Shown here: in pieces, positions 61,806 through 64,000 of the stretch | Numbering within the stretch: the first letter of the stretch is position 1 | Layout: each line of letters starts with the position of its first letter | DNA from: Entomortierella parvispora E1425 | Lineage: Eukaryota > Fungi > Mortierellomycota | NCBI GenBank assembly: GCA_020891255.1 | Contig: BQFW01000004.1 | Location: forward strand, 682,001 to 746,000 | Direction: 5' to 3' | Length of the DNA stretch: 64,000 nucleotides | The notes under the pieces: model-generated | The model's input: the letters and a program-made list of their open reading frames with translations, nothing else | Told to the model about the DNA's origin: nothing | Database searches by the model: none | Program-made: the position numbers and the translations under genes

Positions 61806-63127
61806 GATAGAGGAAAGAAAGGGTAGGGGTTGATAGGGTCAGATGAAAGAAAAGGAAAGAGAGAGGGAGAGACAAAAAGAAGAAGAGAGGAGAGGATAGG
61901 CAAAGGCCAAAGAAGAAGAGGAGTGATGGTGGATGAAGGAAGGAGGGGGAGGAAGGAGAATGCCCGTCTCCTTTTATAGACGAGCCAGACAAGCAAACGC
62001 AGGTCCTGTCAACTCAAACCAAAGGGAGACACGACGGCTCTCTCTCTGATGTCAGTCTGTCCATGCAGCGGTGGGCGCACGCTGTTTTTGTGGCCCCGAC
62101 AACAGGAGGCTGCAACCGCAGCACTCGCGGGAGGATGGTCCTTACTGCACTCACTACGCCACGGCCCAACACCGTCCCTGCTCACTTGACGGTCGATCAA
62201 TTGCAATTTGGTTTTGGCTGGGTAGACTCAGCGACCACCACCGACTCTGACGCTCTGTTGCCACCGCGCCACCGACCCTCGGAGTCGCACTAGCGCGGTT
62301 GGTCCTTTGGAGTTGTCTCTTTTCTCCAGTCACCTCGGAGAGACACATTCACCTCCAGGCCTTGGCATCAGGTTCATTCCCCACTGAGACAGAGGCGCAT
62401 CGTTCTCTTTGTCTCTTTTTTTTGCTCCAACGAAAGCTTTGGGGGCGAAGCAGGCCATGGTGCGTCGCATGTCCTTCATTTTGGCCATGACGCGCATGTT
62501 GCCATGTTACATATGGACGACTGCATTCATGTGCCTGGTCTGAAATGGGAGCCGAGAGAGGCTTTGATGCAATCCTGCCCAACACACCCCGTAAGTAACC
62601 ATGCCTAGAGGAAGAAGGGGTGCTCCCTCGTGCGTGTGGTGCTCATCCCCATGCACATCCTCAAGTGACCTCGCTACCGCCCCCTCATCCAGCTGTTCTC
62701 CCCCCCGACTGGACCCCTCGTCCCTTCATTTCCCTCGTGCATCCACCCTCCTTCCGCCATTCTCCTCGCTCTCTATAATCTCTTTCTCAATTCTTAAGAA
62801 AGCACAGGTACATGCAGTTCAACCCTTGCCCGGACCACCTCGACCAGCCACACAAATCTCCAAGCGAAACTTCAAGCGTTATCGTAATGTCGCATGCATC
62901 TCACTCATGCAGTCTCGTCTTCTTCTACATTGGACTTTTTATCTCAGCTAGACCTGAATCGACAAATCTTTCAACTCATTTCGACCTGACCATCCCGATT
63001 CTGGGCAACATTGCCGAGGCATCAGCACCGTAGCGGCACATCACCTTTGGTTGCGCTTGCATCACACAGATTTGGTTCAAACCCCCTTCTGGAATTCACA
63101 CGGCCAAAGGTCTCTCTCCAGTAAACA

Positions 63128-64000
63128 ATGCACCAGTTCCAATCTTTTGGGCCACAAGGCCCTGCTGTAGCCGAGTACGCCTTCCCGAGTGTACTGCAGT
63201 TCTTGCAGTCTGAGTGGCGTCGATTTGAGCGCGACAGGAATGAATGGGATATCGAGAAGGCAGAAATGAAGGTATGGATAGAGATAGGCCTAGTAGATCT
63301 GTTACTCCAGCATGCACTTGCCTTCTATTTCCTCGCCTGGGGGAAATGCAGATGTGCCGAGGACCACTTTGCTTGACCAACTGAGACGACGTACGACAGT
63401 GCGGCATCCTTGAACTCGTCTGCACGACGCTCTTTGGTCCCAGACCCTCTTTCAACTGGTTGTGAAAAAGTGTTGCCATGCATTCAGGATTTTTGACTCA
63501 CAGGTGTAGCTTTGAATTTTTTCTGCTATTCTTCGGCTACCTAAATTTAGGCCAGGATTGCATTCCTCGAGGGCGAGAAGAGAGGCGTGGACAACACGAA
63601 GATGGATTTGATGAAGCGCGTCAAGATGCTGGAGTACGCCCTTCGACAGGAGAGGTAAGCAATCATTGTTTTTATTAGCTTTTTCTTTGTTTTCCCTTAC
63701 ATTTGCACATGACTTGTGATATTTGATGTATTAATTGACCTTGCTGACTTGCTTATTCACAGGAGTAAATATCTCGAGAGCAGTGCGGCTTCTAAGGGCG
63801 GTCCAACGCCACCTAAAGATGCAGCTGGAAACAACGATGGTGCCAACACCAACTCCAAAGCCCTGAATAGAATGTCCACGTACAGTGCATCGGGAAATAG
63901 CATGGCTCAAGTGAGCCCCACAACCGCTACTAGCATGGACCCAGTCGGAAGAGCAAAGAGCAGGGAGTTTCTAAGAATGCAAGTATTTTACTCCTTGTTC
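63128..64000 (+). CDS. STRN: Striatin (STRIPAK scaffold; Far8/Pro11-like), truncated by the window end
   Basis: [37 protein letters not shown]...MLEYALRQER, the striatin N-terminal coiled coil. Confidence 0.9.

Noticed and set aside
1-64000. CRISPR arrays, rRNA, organellar or bacterial inserts
   Set aside because: No spaced direct repeats, rRNA signatures or intron-free operon-like blocks were seen.

Overview
Gene-dense eukaryotic DNA from an early-diverging fungus, probably Mortierellaceae. This is inferred from short GT-AG introns with poly-T tracts, codon usage, a cobalamin-trafficking gene and an E. coli/plant-type isopropylmalate synthase. About 22 protein-coding genes can be supported: RCY1, GCV3, a roughly 1,840-aa DYRK kinase, a chorismate-lyase-like protein, LACTB2, a secreted protein, a 72-aa orphan, PIN4-like, bestrophin-like, a GPI-anchored plant-type LRR protein, SDF2, a quinone oxidoreductase, IPMS, a 51-aa secreted peptide, MOT1, glutaminyl cyclase, MMADHC, a bZIP-DUF3425 factor, NoxA, a BCS1-like ATPase and a partial striatin. 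There is also a decayed tandem copy of the oxidoreductase, one tRNA-Gly(GCC), and one full-length Ty3/Gypsy chromovirus with identical 111-bp LTRs, a 5-bp TSD and a clear -1 gag-pol frameshift signal. The best leads are an intron-containing Rv2949c-type chorismate pyruvate-lyase homolog, a 51-aa secreted two-Cys peptide missed by the ORF track, apparent spliced transcripts in two intergenic gaps, and several introns whose alternative splice sites would create premature stops. Exon boundaries were read by eye and no database searches were run.
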